Part shown: positions 39,968 through 50,616 of the stretch, in pieces
Numbering within the stretch: position 1 is the stretch's first letter
Layout: each line of letters starts with the position of its first letter
Source: Candidatus Latescibacterota bacterium
Lineage (GTDB): Bacteria > Latescibacterota > UBA2968 > UBA8231
Direction of reading: 5' to 3'
Assembly: GCA_965261395.1 (NCBI GenBank)
Contig: OZ253462.1
Coordinates: 5,056,001 to 5,120,000 of the forward strand
DNA length: 64,000 bases
The notes under the pieces: model-generated
What the model was told of the DNA's origin: nothing
Seen by the model: the letters and a program-made list of their open reading frames with translations, nothing else
Databases searched by the model: none
Position numbers and translations under genes: made by a program

Positions 39968-40734
39968 GGCGACCTACCGGCTTGCTCGGTCTCAAGCGAA
40001 CGCAAGCGGTCCCTGAGCGAAGCGGCCAACTCGAACCGATCCGCCTCGACTGCGGCCTGTAAATCGGCCATCAACCGCTCTCGCGGTGTGCGCGGCCGGG
40101 TGCTCTCCACTTCGCCTTCCCACTCGCGCAAAAAGAGCAGTTCAGGGCACTCGTCGAGCTGGTCCAATTGACCAATCTTGGCGAGGAACTCCTCAATCTC
40201 GGCGATGCCCCGACGGATCTCGGTTAGGGCCTCGGTGTGGGCCTCGGCCTCTAGACAGGCCAGCGCTCGCGCCTGTACCCGATGCGCTGTGACAAAGACG
40301 CGGTATTGTTCGGCTAGTTGGCGGTCTTCGTCCTCTTCGGCGTATTCGTAGCACAAGTCGAGGATGGCGAGGTTGTGCACGGCGTCCTCTTCGGCCCGCT
40401 CGTATTCCTTCAGTTCGAAGAAACCAATCCGCCGCCAATAGTATTTCATGGCCTCTTGGGCTAGCTCGGAACAATCCTCGTGCGAGAGGCTAAAGGTACC
40501 CGGGCCGTGAGCTTCCTCCCACTCGCGTCGCTTTTGGCAGTAGTAATCCAACAGCGATACATAGCCGTGCGGGCGGAGCGCGTCGGGACGCCCCCGCCAC
40601 TCTAGCTGCATCAAGCCCAGGTCCATGCGGATTTGGAGCTTGGCGCTGCCATTACCACCTCGTATTTTGCGCACGCTCAACTCGCCTGGGGCATATTTCC
40701 ACTCGCCGAGGATCGGGCCAATATCGCTTTCCAT
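39964..40734 (-). CDS. UvrB/UvrC (UVR) motif-containing protein
   Basis: C-terminal LQAAVEADRFELAASLRDRL; N-terminal QIRMDLGLMQLEWRGRPD. Confidence 0.8.
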   Translation of the reverse strand: MESDIGPILGEWKYAPGELSVRKIRGGNGSAKLQIRMDLGLMQLEWRGRPDALRPHGYVSLLDYYCQKRREWEEAHGPGTFSLSHEDCSELAQEAMKYYWRRIGFFELKEYERAEEDAVHNLAILDLCYEYAEEDEDRQLAEQYRVFVTAHRVQARALACLEAEAHTEALTEIRRGIAEIEEFLAKIGQLDQLDECPELLFLREWEGEVESTRPRTPRERLMADLQAAVEADRFELAASLRDRLRSLETEQAGRSP

Positions 40735-40867
40735 AATGGGTAAAACCTCGAACTATACTTGGCCTTCAGGCCAGGGGTAGGGATCGCTTTTCACAGGCAA
40801 ACCAAGCGTCTGCGGGCCTCTCCCTCAACGGGTAGGCATCGCGTATCTCGGTGATTTTTCGGGTTTT

Positions 40868-40896
40868 ATTATATGCGCTGGGCGTACCCTTGTCAA
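40868..40896 (-). promoter_or_regulatory. Perfect-consensus sigma-70 promoter
   Basis: TTGACA-agggtacgcccagcgca(17)-TATAAT on the minus strand. Confidence 0.8.
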
Positions 40897-40897
40897 C

Positions 40898-41743
40898 TCA
40901 CAGGCGGGAGGCCGTGGAATCGGCTTTTACCGCCGGAGCGACACCTGTGATTTCGCCTATTATGGCCAGCAGTTCCTTCTGCAGAGTCGGGCTTACGCGC
41001 AGGCTATCTAGGTAGTTTTCAATCACCGGAATGGCGTCCGTTCCCACCGCTGTAATAGCCTGATGGGTTAGGGTGCGCTCTTCGGGGGTGGGGTCGTATT
41101 CCATCTGCGTGGGTTCGATGGGTGTGCCGAACATGCTCACTCGGGGCTGCCCTCCCTCCCCAAAGGGATCCAGCCCCACGTTTGGATAGCGCCGTGGGCC
41201 GCCCGTGGAGTCGGCGAGCTGTCCATAGGGCCCGTAGGGAAAGGATTGCTCCTCGCCGGTGAACACCCCCCGACGGGTTCGCTGCTCAGCGCGCAGGGTA
41301 AGTATGTCGTAGTAGCCAAGGGCATTGACCAAAATCTCAGCCGCCTTGGTCCCCCCCATTTGCCCGAGCGCTTCAACGGCGGCCATCCGCAACTCGGCGT
41401 CGGCTGTATTGAGCGAGAAATCGAGTAGCCTCCCTATAGCCGGAGTCGCGCTCTGGTCGCCAATGGCACCCAAGGCGCGGAGCGCATCCTGCTTGAGGGT
41501 GGTGCGCTGGTCGTAGTCTTGGAGCGCCATCTTAAGCACCGGCACGGCGCGCGGGTCGCCTATCTCGCCGAGAATACGCGCGGCCTTGCGCCGCGTGGCA
41601 TAGGGGTAGTCCTGACGGGAGACGATCTCCATAATCCGATCTAATTGCCCGTGGTCTCCCTCCTGATAGAGCTTGTGCATCTGATTGACATTCGTGCAAC
41701 CCAAGGGGGCCAAAACGACCACTAAAAGCGCGATCCTATACAT
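40898..41743 (-). CDS. HEAT-repeat lipoprotein
   Basis: PLGC lipobox; repeats AARILGEIGDPRAVPVL, ALRALGAIGD, AVEALGQMG. Confidence 0.8.
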   Translation of the reverse strand: MYRIALLVVVLAPLGCTNVNQMHKLYQEGDHGQLDRIMEIVSRQDYPYATRRKAARILGEIGDPRAVPVLKMALQDYDQRTTLKQDALRALGAIGDQSATPAIGRLLDFSLNTADAELRMAAVEALGQMGGTKAAEILVNALGYYDILTLRAEQRTRRGVFTGEEQSFPYGPYGQLADSTGGPRRYPNVGLDPFGEGGQPRVSMFGTPIEPTQMEYDPTPEERTLTHQAITAVGTDAIPVIENYLDSLRVSPTLQKELLAIIGEITGVAPAVKADSTASRL

Positions 41744-41826
41744 GGCTAGCTCCTTTGTCGCTCCCCTTGCCGCGCCGAAGTCTTTCCTCTATACTTCAAA
41801 CTTTCCACAACGCAGCAGGAACTCCA

Positions 41827-42618
41827 GTGAACGCTCCACAAACCCACAACCGCCAACCCATTCCCGGCATTAAAGATACACTAGCCATAGCCAGCGGCAA
41901 GGGCGGCGTCGGCAAGTCCACGCTCTGCGCCAACTTAGCCGTGAGCTTGGCCCGTCAAGGGCTACAGGTCGGCTTGCTCGACGCCGACATCTACGGCCCC
42001 AATATCCCGGGCCTGCTCGGCCTAGAGGGCCGACCAACCGCAGATGACGGCCGCATCCAGCCCTTGTCCGCGCACGGCCTCAAAGCCATTTCCATGGGGA
42101 TGCTAATCGACCCGGGGATCCCGGTCGTGTGGCGCGGCCCCATGCTGGCCAAGATGATGCACCAATTTCTCTTCAACGTCACTTGGGGTGAGCTCGACCT
42201 CCTGCTCATAGACCTGCCTCCCGGGACTGGAGACGTACAAATCACGCTGACTCAAGTGGCACCCTTGACTGCGGCCTTGATTGTCACCACGCCCTCAGCC
42301 ATTGCCCTCGAAGACGTGCGCCGCGGCGTCGAGATGTTCCGCCAGACCGAGGTGCCCATCGTCGGCTTGGTCGAGAACATGAGCTATTTCCGCTGCGACA
42401 ACTGCGGCCATACCGACCCCATCTTCGGCACCGGAGGAGGCCGCGCCACGGCCAGTCGCTTGGACATTCCCTATCTAGGCGAAATTCCGCTCGACCCGCT
42501 CGTCCGCAGCCAAGCCGACGCGGGGGAGCCGGTCGTAAGGACACATCCCGATGCCGAGGGCAGTCAAGCCCTCGCGCACCTAGCCGCCGCCATCGGCGCT
42601 TATTTTCAGCCCGCATGA
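41827..42618 (+). CDS. mrp: Mrp/NBP35 (ApbC) Fe-S carrier ATPase
   Basis: SGKGGVGKST, DADIYGP, WRGPM, DLPPGTGD, ENMSYFRCDNC. GTG 41827 follows AGGA; TTGCCG-N17-TATACT promoter at 41767-41795. Confidence 0.92.
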   Translation: MNAPQTHNRQPIPGIKDTLAIASGKGGVGKSTLCANLAVSLARQGLQVGLLDADIYGPNIPGLLGLEGRPTADDGRIQPLSAHGLKAISMGMLIDPGIPVVWRGPMLAKMMHQFLFNVTWGELDLLLIDLPPGTGDVQITLTQVAPLTAALIVTTPSAIALEDVRRGVEMFRQTEVPIVGLVENMSYFRCDNCGHTDPIFGTGGGRATASRLDIPYLGEIPLDPLVRSQADAGEPVVRTHPDAEGSQALAHLAAAIGAYFQPA

Positions 42619-43625
42619 GCCGCGTCCAAATCGCCTGCGTCGGCGCGGGGTATTGGGGCAGAAACCTAGTCCGCGTCTTCCACGACTTGCCCGATGTACA
42701 TCTGCGCCAAGTCTGCGACGCCAGCCTGGAAATCCGCAGCGACATCCAGCGCCAGTACCCGGAAGTCCCTATCACCGCTAGCTACGACGAGGTGCTCGGC
42801 GACGACGCGCTCGACGCCGTAGTATTGGCCGTCCCAGCCGCCGACCACTACGAATTGGCCCGCCGTGCCCTAGAGCGGGGCAAGCACGTGTACGTCGAAA
42901 AGCCCATGACCCTCAACGCCACCACGTCGGCTCACTTAGTCGAATTAGCCGCAGAGCGGGACCGGGTGCTGATGGTTGGGCACCTGCTGAAGTACCACCC
43001 GGCCGTGCAAATGCTACATGATTTAGTACGGGAAGGCGCGCTAGGCGACTTGTATTATCTGTACTCCCAGCGCGTCAACTTGGGCATCGTCCGCCGCGAT
43101 GAAAACGCCTTGTGGAGTTTGGCGCCACACGACATATCGGTCATCCTGTACCTGCTCGGCCAAGAGCCGGACGCCGTCAGCGCCCGCGGCGAGTGCTATC
43201 TGCAACCCGACATCGAAGACGTGGTTTTTGCCAATTTGCACTTTGCCGATGGCAAGATGGCGCAGATGCAGCTCTCTTGGCTCGACCCGCACCGCATCCG
43301 CCGCCTGACCGTGGTCGGCAGCCGCAAGATGGCGGTATTTGACGATGTGGAAAGCACGGAAAAGGTGCGCATCTACGACAAATCGGCCGAGCGACCGCAA
43401 TACGACTCTTATGGCGACTCCATCGCGCTGCGCTTTGGCGATGTCGTCATTCCGCGGCTGCAAATGGCCGAGCCACTAAAACTAGAATGCCAGCACTTCG
43501 CCGAGTGCGTGCGCAGCGGCCAAACGCCCCGCAGCGATGGCCGCGATGGGCTGCGCGTCGTGCGGGTCTTAGAGGCCGCGCAGGCGTCGCTGCGTCAAGC
43601 CGGTGCCCCAGTGCCGCTGCGCTAG
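42615..43625 (+). CDS. Gfo/Idh/MocA family oxidoreductase
   Basis: VGAGYWG Rossmann motif, VEKPM, LAPHD. Confidence 0.9.
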   Translation: MSRVQIACVGAGYWGRNLVRVFHDLPDVHLRQVCDASLEIRSDIQRQYPEVPITASYDEVLGDDALDAVVLAVPAADHYELARRALERGKHVYVEKPMTLNATTSAHLVELAAERDRVLMVGHLLKYHPAVQMLHDLVREGALGDLYYLYSQRVNLGIVRRDENALWSLAPHDISVILYLLGQEPDAVSARGECYLQPDIEDVVFANLHFADGKMAQMQLSWLDPHRIRRLTVVGSRKMAVFDDVESTEKVRIYDKSAERPQYDSYGDSIALRFGDVVIPRLQMAEPLKLECQHFAECVRSGQTPRSDGRDGLRVVRVLEAAQASLRQAGAPVPLR

Positions 43626-45829
43626 CGCACGGTAAATTCCGCGTGGGTCTCGGCTTGGTTGCCGCTCATATCCCGCACCCTCAGCACTAGGCGGTGCGCG
43701 CCCGGCGATAAATCTTCCGCCAAATGCCCGTACACGCGCCCGGCTTCTGGATCGTATTCAGCGATCAGCGGACGTCCGTCGAGCTCAAACTCAAGGTCTG
43801 CTTCCCGCCCAATGCCCGCGCCTTGGTCGCGCACCGCGCCGCGAATTTCCGGACGCGAGCCAACGACGGCCCCTTCAGCGGGCTGCAAGCTGCTGATCTC
43901 AGGGGCTGCAAGGTCGGCCAACAGCGCATAGCGGCCAAAGCGACGCACCCGTGCCACGACCTGTCGGCCCAGAGCATCCCATTCGTTGCTCACCAGCGAC
44001 CACTTTTCAGCGGCGATCTCTCGGTAGATGCCCAGCTTCTCCGGCGGCAGTGTTCCCCGGTGGTCGTAGCGCAAGCGCAGCGCAACCTTGCGGTCAAAAC
44101 TAACATCAGGCCCCAAGGCAAAAGCCGGCCCGGCTGCCATTAGCGCAGCGGGCACTTGCGGTTCAAAGGTTTCGACTTGCGGGAAAAACGGCGCGTACGC
44201 GCTCGCCGCGGCAAAACCCAATTCGACCGCGCCGCCAGCATAGGTCAACTCAGCCGCAGCTCCCGGCTGCACGAGCTGCCGGTCGAGGACGACCTTTTGC
44301 ACGGCTGCCTTTGGCGTCCGCAGCAAAACCGATCCCGCTGCCGAGCCGTTCGGACCGAGCGGCACGGTGACTCGGAATTCGCGCAAACCGGTCTGACGGG
44401 GGCTGATATTAGCGGTATCAGCGCGGACTAAGGGCGTAGCGCTGGGCACTTGTGAGTATCGCATCACGAGCTCCACGAAATCCGCGTGGGAACGGCGCTC
44501 CAAGGAAAAGGGCGGCGCAGCGGCCCCGGCGTCGGGCAGGCGACAAATGGCAAAGGCCGTAGCGCCCGCTGGATCCCGCGCCTGGATTCGCCAATAGGAA
44601 GCGTTGCGGTGGATCTGCCACTTGAGCGGACCGGGGCGGCTCTGCCGCCGATCTACGCGCCGCCACGTCTCGCCATCGCGCGAGCTGGCCAATGCTACTT
44701 CCACGAGCGGGTCGTCCGCATCGGTCAGCCGTGCCTCGATAAAGGCTCCGTCCCCTTTCTCCACGATCCGCGCCCCGGCAATGACCGGCGGTTCATCAAC
44801 CACCAACCCAAAGCGCGCCCGGCTCTCATTGCCGTTGACATCCGCAACAACGACGACGGCCTCGTGCCGCCCCTTGGCCAAGTTTAGCATTCCATCGTCA
44901 GGCCCCTCGTAGAATTCGAGCCGATTGCCCGGCAGGCGGCACAAATTGTAAAAGCGACCCACCCCGCCCTTAAAAGCAGCCAGTGGCCGGTCCAAATACA
45001 TCTGGTGCATATCGCCGTACCCGACCCGCTCGTAGCGCGCCGCGAAAACCGGCTCGCCGTCGATGTGCAAGGACGCGCGATAGGGGGCTAGTTTGTTGGG
45101 GGCTGCATCGGCGCGATCGTACATCAACGCGCTGATGCTCACCGGGCCGAGTACCTGCACGGGCCGCGCCCCGGCGAATTCCCCCCGGCCCGGCTGCCAG
45201 CGCAAATTCAGCACATAGGGATCGTGCCCGCCCTCGACTTGGGCATTGTGGCCATGCGGCGTAATGGCCACTCGTTGCAAGGTCGGCGCAATCGTATCGG
45301 CGATGGCGAACCCGTGCAAGAGGGGATTGATCGCCACGTTATTTGCGTCGCGCAGTTCTAGGTGCAAATGGGGAGGACCGGCTCCGCTCTCGCCGCTCCA
45401 AGCGATGACCGAGCCACCTAGCACTGGAATCTCCCCCTCCTTGAAGTACAAATCCACGCTGTAGCGTCCGCGCTGCTGCTGTGCTTGCTGCACGTGCTCG
45501 GCCACGGGCGCGGCAAAGCCCTCTAGATGGGCATATACCACGATGCGACCATCGGCCAGTTTCTGGTACAAGGCCCGACCATAGCCCCAAGGTGAGGTGC
45601 GCACCCGCCAGATATAGCCGTCGGCTAGGGCTTGTACAGGGTGGCCGGTCTCGCCCCAAGTCTTGAGGTCTATGCCGGCGTGGAAGGCTCGGGAACGCGA
45701 TTCGCCGAAGGTGGAAGACAAAGCTGGCGCAAGGCGCAGCGGCCAGACGAGACCCCCCTCTTGCGCGCTAGCCGGCAGCCACGCGGCCACCATTAACAAG
45801 AGCATCCATTTAATCACAGTCGTCCTCAT
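43622..45829 (-). CDS. Exported M23 family metallopeptidase with C-terminal beta-rich domains
   Basis: Signal peptide; HAGID (HxxxD), YAHL, PHLHLE. Confidence 0.88.
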   Translation of the reverse strand: MRTTVIKWMLLLMVAAWLPASAQEGGLVWPLRLAPALSSTFGESRSRAFHAGIDLKTWGETGHPVQALADGYIWRVRTSPWGYGRALYQKLADGRIVVYAHLEGFAAPVAEHVQQAQQQRGRYSVDLYFKEGEIPVLGGSVIAWSGESGAGPPHLHLELRDANNVAINPLLHGFAIADTIAPTLQRVAITPHGHNAQVEGGHDPYVLNLRWQPGRGEFAGARPVQVLGPVSISALMYDRADAAPNKLAPYRASLHIDGEPVFAARYERVGYGDMHQMYLDRPLAAFKGGVGRFYNLCRLPGNRLEFYEGPDDGMLNLAKGRHEAVVVVADVNGNESRARFGLVVDEPPVIAGARIVEKGDGAFIEARLTDADDPLVEVALASSRDGETWRRVDRRQSRPGPLKWQIHRNASYWRIQARDPAGATAFAICRLPDAGAAAPPFSLERRSHADFVELVMRYSQVPSATPLVRADTANISPRQTGLREFRVTVPLGPNGSAAGSVLLRTPKAAVQKVVLDRQLVQPGAAAELTYAGGAVELGFAAASAYAPFFPQVETFEPQVPAALMAAGPAFALGPDVSFDRKVALRLRYDHRGTLPPEKLGIYREIAAEKWSLVSNEWDALGRQVVARVRRFGRYALLADLAAPEISSLQPAEGAVVGSRPEIRGAVRDQGAGIGREADLEFELDGRPLIAEYDPEAGRVYGHLAEDLSPGAHRLVLRVRDMSGNQAETHAEFTVR

Positions 45830-46484
45830 ATGTATGTAGAGCCATGCGGTCCGGGGCTACTTCGAGAAAGTGGAGGGGTTTTTCGGTCCAAGCACCGGTG
45901 TTGAAGTAGCACCGGCCCTGCCGCTCAATCGCCATGGCCGCGTGCGTGTGCCCGCAGACTATGGCTTCAACTCCCTCATGCCGTGCCACGCGCAGGGCGT
46001 TGCGCGCCACGTGTTCGTTGAGCACCCGGTAGAGCAAAGACCATTTCTTGGCGTACTCGGCCACGTGGGCATCGCGCCCGCCGAGCCAGATGCGGCAACG
46101 GTGCAAGCAGCGGAAAACCCACTTGAACGCCGAGTGCCGAGGCATTAGCTGGTCGAGCCTATGACCATGGATTACGAGCAGCCGCTGATCGAGCCGCCAG
46201 CTATCGACAAAGCGGATCCGCCCCGGCTCGGCCAGCTTGAATTCGGCATCGTGATTGCCGTACACCCAGATTACGGGCCGGTATTGCGACTCGCTCACGA
46301 GGCGCTCCAGCACGGCCCGATGGGCGTCGGGCAGGGCTTGGCCCGGCTCATCTATGACGTCGCCGTTGAGCACGAGCGGCACCCCTTTGGGCAAAGCATC
46401 CAGCCAAGAAGAAAAGTTTCGATGGCAAAAGTAAGCCGATCCTAGGTGCAGATCGCTGACGATGAAGCAGCGTGCGACGCCCAT
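45810..46484 (-). CDS. Calcineurin-like metallophosphoesterase (UDP-2,3-diacylglucosamine hydrolase-like)
   Basis: SDLHLG, NGDVID, GNHD, HGH, GHTH, NTGAW; start moved to ATG 46484. Confidence 0.8.
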   Translation of the reverse strand: MGVARCFIVSDLHLGSAYFCHRNFSSWLDALPKGVPLVLNGDVIDEPGQALPDAHRAVLERLVSESQYRPVIWVYGNHDAEFKLAEPGRIRFVDSWRLDQRLLVIHGHRLDQLMPRHSAFKWVFRCLHRCRIWLGGRDAHVAEYAKKWSLLYRVLNEHVARNALRVARHEGVEAIVCGHTHAAMAIERQGRCYFNTGAWTEKPLHFLEVAPDRMALHTYEDDCD

Positions 46485-46524
46485 GCCCCTTGCTGTATGG
46501 GTTATATTATTGAATAATTGCCCG

Positions 46525-47988
46525 ATGAATAAACAGAGAACCCCATCTGCGCGCAAAGCGTACGACCCGGATAAATTACAGGCCCTGCTCCAGTACATTG
46601 GCCATCTGCTGCCCAACGACCAAGAGCGCGCGGCCTTTGATCGGTGCTCGCGCACGCCCCCCCCCGCTTCGCTGCGCTTGAACGCGCTCCAAGCCCAAAC
46701 GCGACACGTACGGCCCCACTTGCTCCAACGCGGCCAAAGCGTGCCATGGTGCAGCGATGGCTTCGCCTTGCCAGAGAGCGACGCAAGCTTCGGCCAGACC
46801 CTTGAACACGCCATGGGCGCATATTACGTCCAAGCCAAGGCCCCCATGCTAGCCGTCGAGGTGCTGGCCCCCCAGCCCGGCGAGCGCGTCCTCGACCTGT
46901 GTGCCGCCCCGGGCGGTAAGGCCACCCAGATTGCCGCGCGCATGCAAAACAGCGGCCTGCTGCTGGCCAACGAACTCCAGCGCAAGCGCATGCCCGCCCT
47001 CGTGGGCAATTTAGAGCGCTGTGGAGTGGCCAATCACGTCTTGACCCAAGCCCCTGGAACTATGCTGGCGCGTTACTTTCCCAACTTTTTCGACCGCATC
47101 TTAGTAGATGCCCCCTGCTCGGGCGACGGCATCGTGCGCAAAGACCAGAGCATGCTCACCTACTGGTCGCCGCAAGACGCCCAGCGCCTCGCGCAGCAAC
47201 AGAAGGGCCTCTTGCGCGCCGCCTATGCAATGCTCCGCCCCGGCGGCACCTTGGTGTATTCGACGTGCTCGCTCTCGCTGGAGGAAAACGAAGAAGTGCT
47301 CCTCGGGCTGTTGCGCCGCTATGGAGAAGACGTCGCTATCCTCCCCATCGCAGAGTTCGAAGGACCGCCGCTGCCGGATGCACTGGCCGCCCAATTCCCG
47401 ACCGAGTTCGCCCGCTGCGTCCGCGTCTGGCCCCACCACCACGACACCGAAGGGGCTTTTGTCGCTCGTCTTTCCAAACGCGCGCCGACGCCAAGCCCCG
47501 AAGACGCCCCTGCTTGGGCTGTCTCGACGACCGATCCCGCCGCCGCCGAGTCCCGGCACGCCATCGAAGGCCGGTGGAGCGGCACCCTGCCCTGCCCCCC
47601 GGACCAGATATTCACCCTCGGCAGCCGCCACCTGTGCCAGCAGCCGGCGCTCGGCCCGGCTATCCAAGAGCATCTGCCCTACTTCGTCCGCAGTGGCATG
47701 AGGGTCGCCCGTCCCCACAAAGGGTACTACTACCTGTCCCAGCAAACCGTCTCCCTATGGGGGCATCTCATGCAGGGACCTAGCATCGAACTAGACTGGC
47801 CCCAACTACAAGACCTGTTCGCGGGGCGTCCAATCCACTGCGACCCGCCCACGGGCCTCAAAGGCGAAGTGTTCTGCCGCTTTGGGCCGTGGACCGTCTG
47901 CCGCGCCATAGCCAGAGAGGAAGGCCACCTGCTCGAAGGCATGCTGCCGCGCGCGTTGTTCCGCGCCAATTTGGATCGGCTAGTGTAA
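46525..47988 (+). CDS. rsmF: RsmF/NOL1/NOP2 family RNA m5C methyltransferase
   Basis: LDLCAAPGGK, LVDAPCSGDG, VYSTCSL..EENE, EGAFVARL. Confidence 0.85.
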   Translation: MNKQRTPSARKAYDPDKLQALLQYIGHLLPNDQERAAFDRCSRTPPPASLRLNALQAQTRHVRPHLLQRGQSVPWCSDGFALPESDASFGQTLEHAMGAYYVQAKAPMLAVEVLAPQPGERVLDLCAAPGGKATQIAARMQNSGLLLANELQRKRMPALVGNLERCGVANHVLTQAPGTMLARYFPNFFDRILVDAPCSGDGIVRKDQSMLTYWSPQDAQRLAQQQKGLLRAAYAMLRPGGTLVYSTCSLSLEENEEVLLGLLRRYGEDVAILPIAEFEGPPLPDALAAQFPTEFARCVRVWPHHHDTEGAFVARLSKRAPTPSPEDAPAWAVSTTDPAAAESRHAIEGRWSGTLPCPPDQIFTLGSRHLCQQPALGPAIQEHLPYFVRSGMRVARPHKGYYYLSQQTVSLWGHLMQGPSIELDWPQLQDLFAGRPIHCDPPTGLKGEVFCRFGPWTVCRAIAREEGHLLEGMLPRALFRANLDRLV

Positions 47989-47995
47989 GGGAGAA

Positions 47996-48610
47996 TTATC
48001 GCGCAGGCCCCGGCCAAGGCGGGAAGAGCTGGTGCTCGATCCGCAGCACGTTGCAGATGCGGCCAGCGATAAAATCGCCCAAATCGTCAAAGGTCTGCGG
48101 CTTTTGGTAAAAGGCTGGCATGGCTGGCAGAATGACCGCTCCGGCTTCGGCCGCCGCCGTCATATTGCGCAACTGAATCAGATTGAGCGGGGTCTCGCGC
48201 ACCACCAGCACCAGCGGCCGCTGCTCCTTGAGGCTGACATCGGCGGCCCGCTCCATTAGGCTCGCAGACGCCCCGCGAGCGATGCTCGACAGCGTCTTGG
48301 CCGAACAAGGCACCACCACCATGCCGTCGATAGGCACCGAACCGCTGGCGATGGGGGCCGATAGGTCGCCGGCATTGTATTCGCACAGGTCGCCAGCTTG
48401 GGTCTCCTCCCCATAGCACCGCGTTATAAATGCGCGCAAGCTCTCCTTGTCGGGGCGGAAGCCCAACTCCTCGACGAGCAGGTAGCGCCCGTATTTTGAC
48501 AGGACCAGATGCACTTGGTGTCCGCCGATCAGCAGGGCGCGCAGCAGGCGACCAGCGTAGAGCGCGCCACTGGCCCCGGTGATGCCGACGACGATTTGCT
48601 TGCCGCTCAC
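47996..48610 (-). CDS. ubiX: Flavin prenyltransferase UbiX
   Basis: [34 protein letters not shown]. Confidence 0.93.
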   Translation of the reverse strand: MSGKQIVVGITGASGALYAGRLLRALLIGGHQVHLVLSKYGRYLLVEELGFRPDKESLRAFITRCYGEETQAGDLCEYNAGDLSAPIASGSVPIDGMVVVPCSAKTLSSIARGASASLMERAADVSLKEQRPLVLVVRETPLNLIQLRNMTAAAEAGAVILPAMPAFYQKPQTFDDLGDFIAGRICNVLRIEHQLFPPWPGPAR

Positions 48611-50589
48611 GACGTCCCCTTTAGCGCCTCGCGGCCCGCTTCGAGCGTGGCGACAATCGCATCCACGTCATAGACGCAACCACCCCAAGTGCCGCCGCCG
48701 ACGTTTTGCAACGCCGCCCACAGCTTAGTGTCGTCGGGTAGCTCCGCTTCGGGCGCAAGGTCTGAGCGCAAGGTGCGTTCGGCTAGCACCCGCTGGCCTT
48801 CCTCTGCGCCGAACTCCTCGCCTTCGCAGCCGACCAAGTCGATGCACCCGCGCAGATTGTGGCAGTCGATTTCAATGGCGATCAAGTCGCCGTCCCGCAG
48901 CTTGCCAATCGGTCCGCCAGCCAGGGCCTCCGGGCCGATGTGCCCGATGCACGGGCCGGAGGAAAACCCCGAAAATCGCGCGTCCGTAAGCAGGGCCACT
49001 CGCTTGCCGATATCCGTGTACTTGAGCGCGATCGTAACCTGCGCCACTTCCTCCATCCCCGTGCCCATCGGCCCGCAGCTAATCATCACCAGCACGTCGC
49101 CTTGCTCAATCTCGCCGGCCTTGATCGCGGCGATGGTGTCGCGTTCGGTGGTAAAAACCTTCGCCGGCCCCGTGTGCCGATAGACCCCCTGCGCGTCCAG
49201 CAATGAAGAGTCAATGGCCGTGCTTTTGACGACCGCGCCCTCGGGCGAGATGTTGCCGACCGGGAAGCAGGTGGTGCTGGTCAGGCCCTTGGCGCGAGCG
49301 CGATCGGCGTCCATAATCACGTCGTCCGGGTCCACCCCGTCTAGCTTTTGCAATTCCTCGCGGAAGCGGTGACGGCGCGGCGCATTCTCCCACCAGTCGA
49401 GGTTTTCGCCCAGCGTGCGGCCCGTAACCGTCATCACCCTCTCCTCCAACAGCCCTAGGCGGCGCAGGTGCAACATGACCTCCGGCACCCCGCCAGCCAA
49501 AAAGGCGCGCACAGTAACGTGGAACTCTGGGCCATTGGGCAGCACATCGACCAAGCGCGGCACCTCGCGATTGATCCGGTCCCAATCCCCTACCTCTGGC
49601 CGCTTCCGCCCGGCCGCATGGGCAATAGCCGGCACGTGCAATATCAAATTGGTCGAGCCGCCAAAGGCCGCGTGGACGACCATAGCGTTGTGCAGCGCCT
49701 GATCGGTGACCAACTCCTGCGAGCGAATGTCCGCGGCCTCCAGCGCCATCAGCGCCCGCGCCGAGCGCACGGCCATATCGCGCCAAACCGCTTCTCCCGA
49801 AGGAGCCAGCGCCGAATGCGGCAGCGACAGCCCCATCGCCTCGCCCACCACTTGAGCCGTGGCCGCGGTCCCCAAAAACTGGCAGCCGCCTCCCGCTGTG
49901 GCGCAAGCCCGGCAGCCGAGCACCTGAAAGTCGTCAATGTCCATCTCGCCCCGTGCCAGCCGCGAACCCGCCGACTGGATCTTGCCCGCGTCCTCGCCTT
50001 CTTCCGGCGGCAGGGTCACCCCGCCGGGCACGACAATAACCGGCAAGTCTGGCATACCAGCTAGGGCGATGAGGACCGCCGGCAATCCCTTGTCGCAGGT
50101 GCCCACGCCCATCACGCCGCGCCGCGTCGGCAACGAGCGGATCAAGCGGCGCAGAACCATGGCCGCGTCGTTGCGGTACGGCAGGCTATCGAACATGCCG
50201 GTCGTGCCCTGCGTGCGGCCATCGCACGGGTCCGAGCAATAGGCGGCAAAGGGAATGCCGCCCCGGCGGTGGATTTCCTCGGCCGCGGCCTCCATCAACA
50301 GGCCGATTTCCCAGTGGCCAGTGTGGTAGCCCAGCGCGATCGGCCGGCCATCCGGGGCGCGGATGCCGCCCTGCGTGCTGATGATGAGGAACTCTCCCCG
50401 GCCCAGCTCGTCGGGGTTCCAGCCCATCCCCGCGTTCTGGCTGTAGCCAAAGATGTGGCCGCTCGGCGCTTCGACGACCTGCTCTATGGTCAGCGGCAGC
50501 TTGCCGCTGGGTCCGGGAGCGCGGGTGCGGATCTGGTAGATCGCATCATCGGTCTCGCCGACGATTTCTGCAAAGGAATCAGTACTCAT
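48607..50589 (-). CDS. YjhG/YagF-type D-xylonate dehydratase (IlvD/Edd family)
   Basis: [47 protein letters not shown]. Confidence 0.88.
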   Translation of the reverse strand: MSTDSFAEIVGETDDAIYQIRTRAPGPSGKLPLTIEQVVEAPSGHIFGYSQNAGMGWNPDELGRGEFLIISTQGGIRAPDGRPIALGYHTGHWEIGLLMEAAAEEIHRRGGIPFAAYCSDPCDGRTQGTTGMFDSLPYRNDAAMVLRRLIRSLPTRRGVMGVGTCDKGLPAVLIALAGMPDLPVIVVPGGVTLPPEEGEDAGKIQSAGSRLARGEMDIDDFQVLGCRACATAGGGCQFLGTAATAQVVGEAMGLSLPHSALAPSGEAVWRDMAVRSARALMALEAADIRSQELVTDQALHNAMVVHAAFGGSTNLILHVPAIAHAAGRKRPEVGDWDRINREVPRLVDVLPNGPEFHVTVRAFLAGGVPEVMLHLRRLGLLEERVMTVTGRTLGENLDWWENAPRRHRFREELQKLDGVDPDDVIMDADRARAKGLTSTTCFPVGNISPEGAVVKSTAIDSSLLDAQGVYRHTGPAKVFTTERDTIAAIKAGEIEQGDVLVMISCGPMGTGMEEVAQVTIALKYTDIGKRVALLTDARFSGFSSGPCIGHIGPEALAGGPIGKLRDGDLIAIEIDCHNLRGCIDLVGCEGEEFGAEEGQRVLAERTLRSDLAPEAELPDDTKLWAALQNVGGGTWGGCVYDVDAIVATLEAGREALKGTS

Positions 50590-50616
50590 GCTACCTCGTT
50601 ATTTTTTGGTTCAGTC

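Noticed and set aside
40780-40850. SAM-I riboswitch (GAGGGAGAGGCCC resembles GAGGGACTGGCCC)
   Set aside because: The other conserved elements (ATC..GAG, GCAACC, GTGC) are missing and the downstream gene is unrelated to SAM metabolism.
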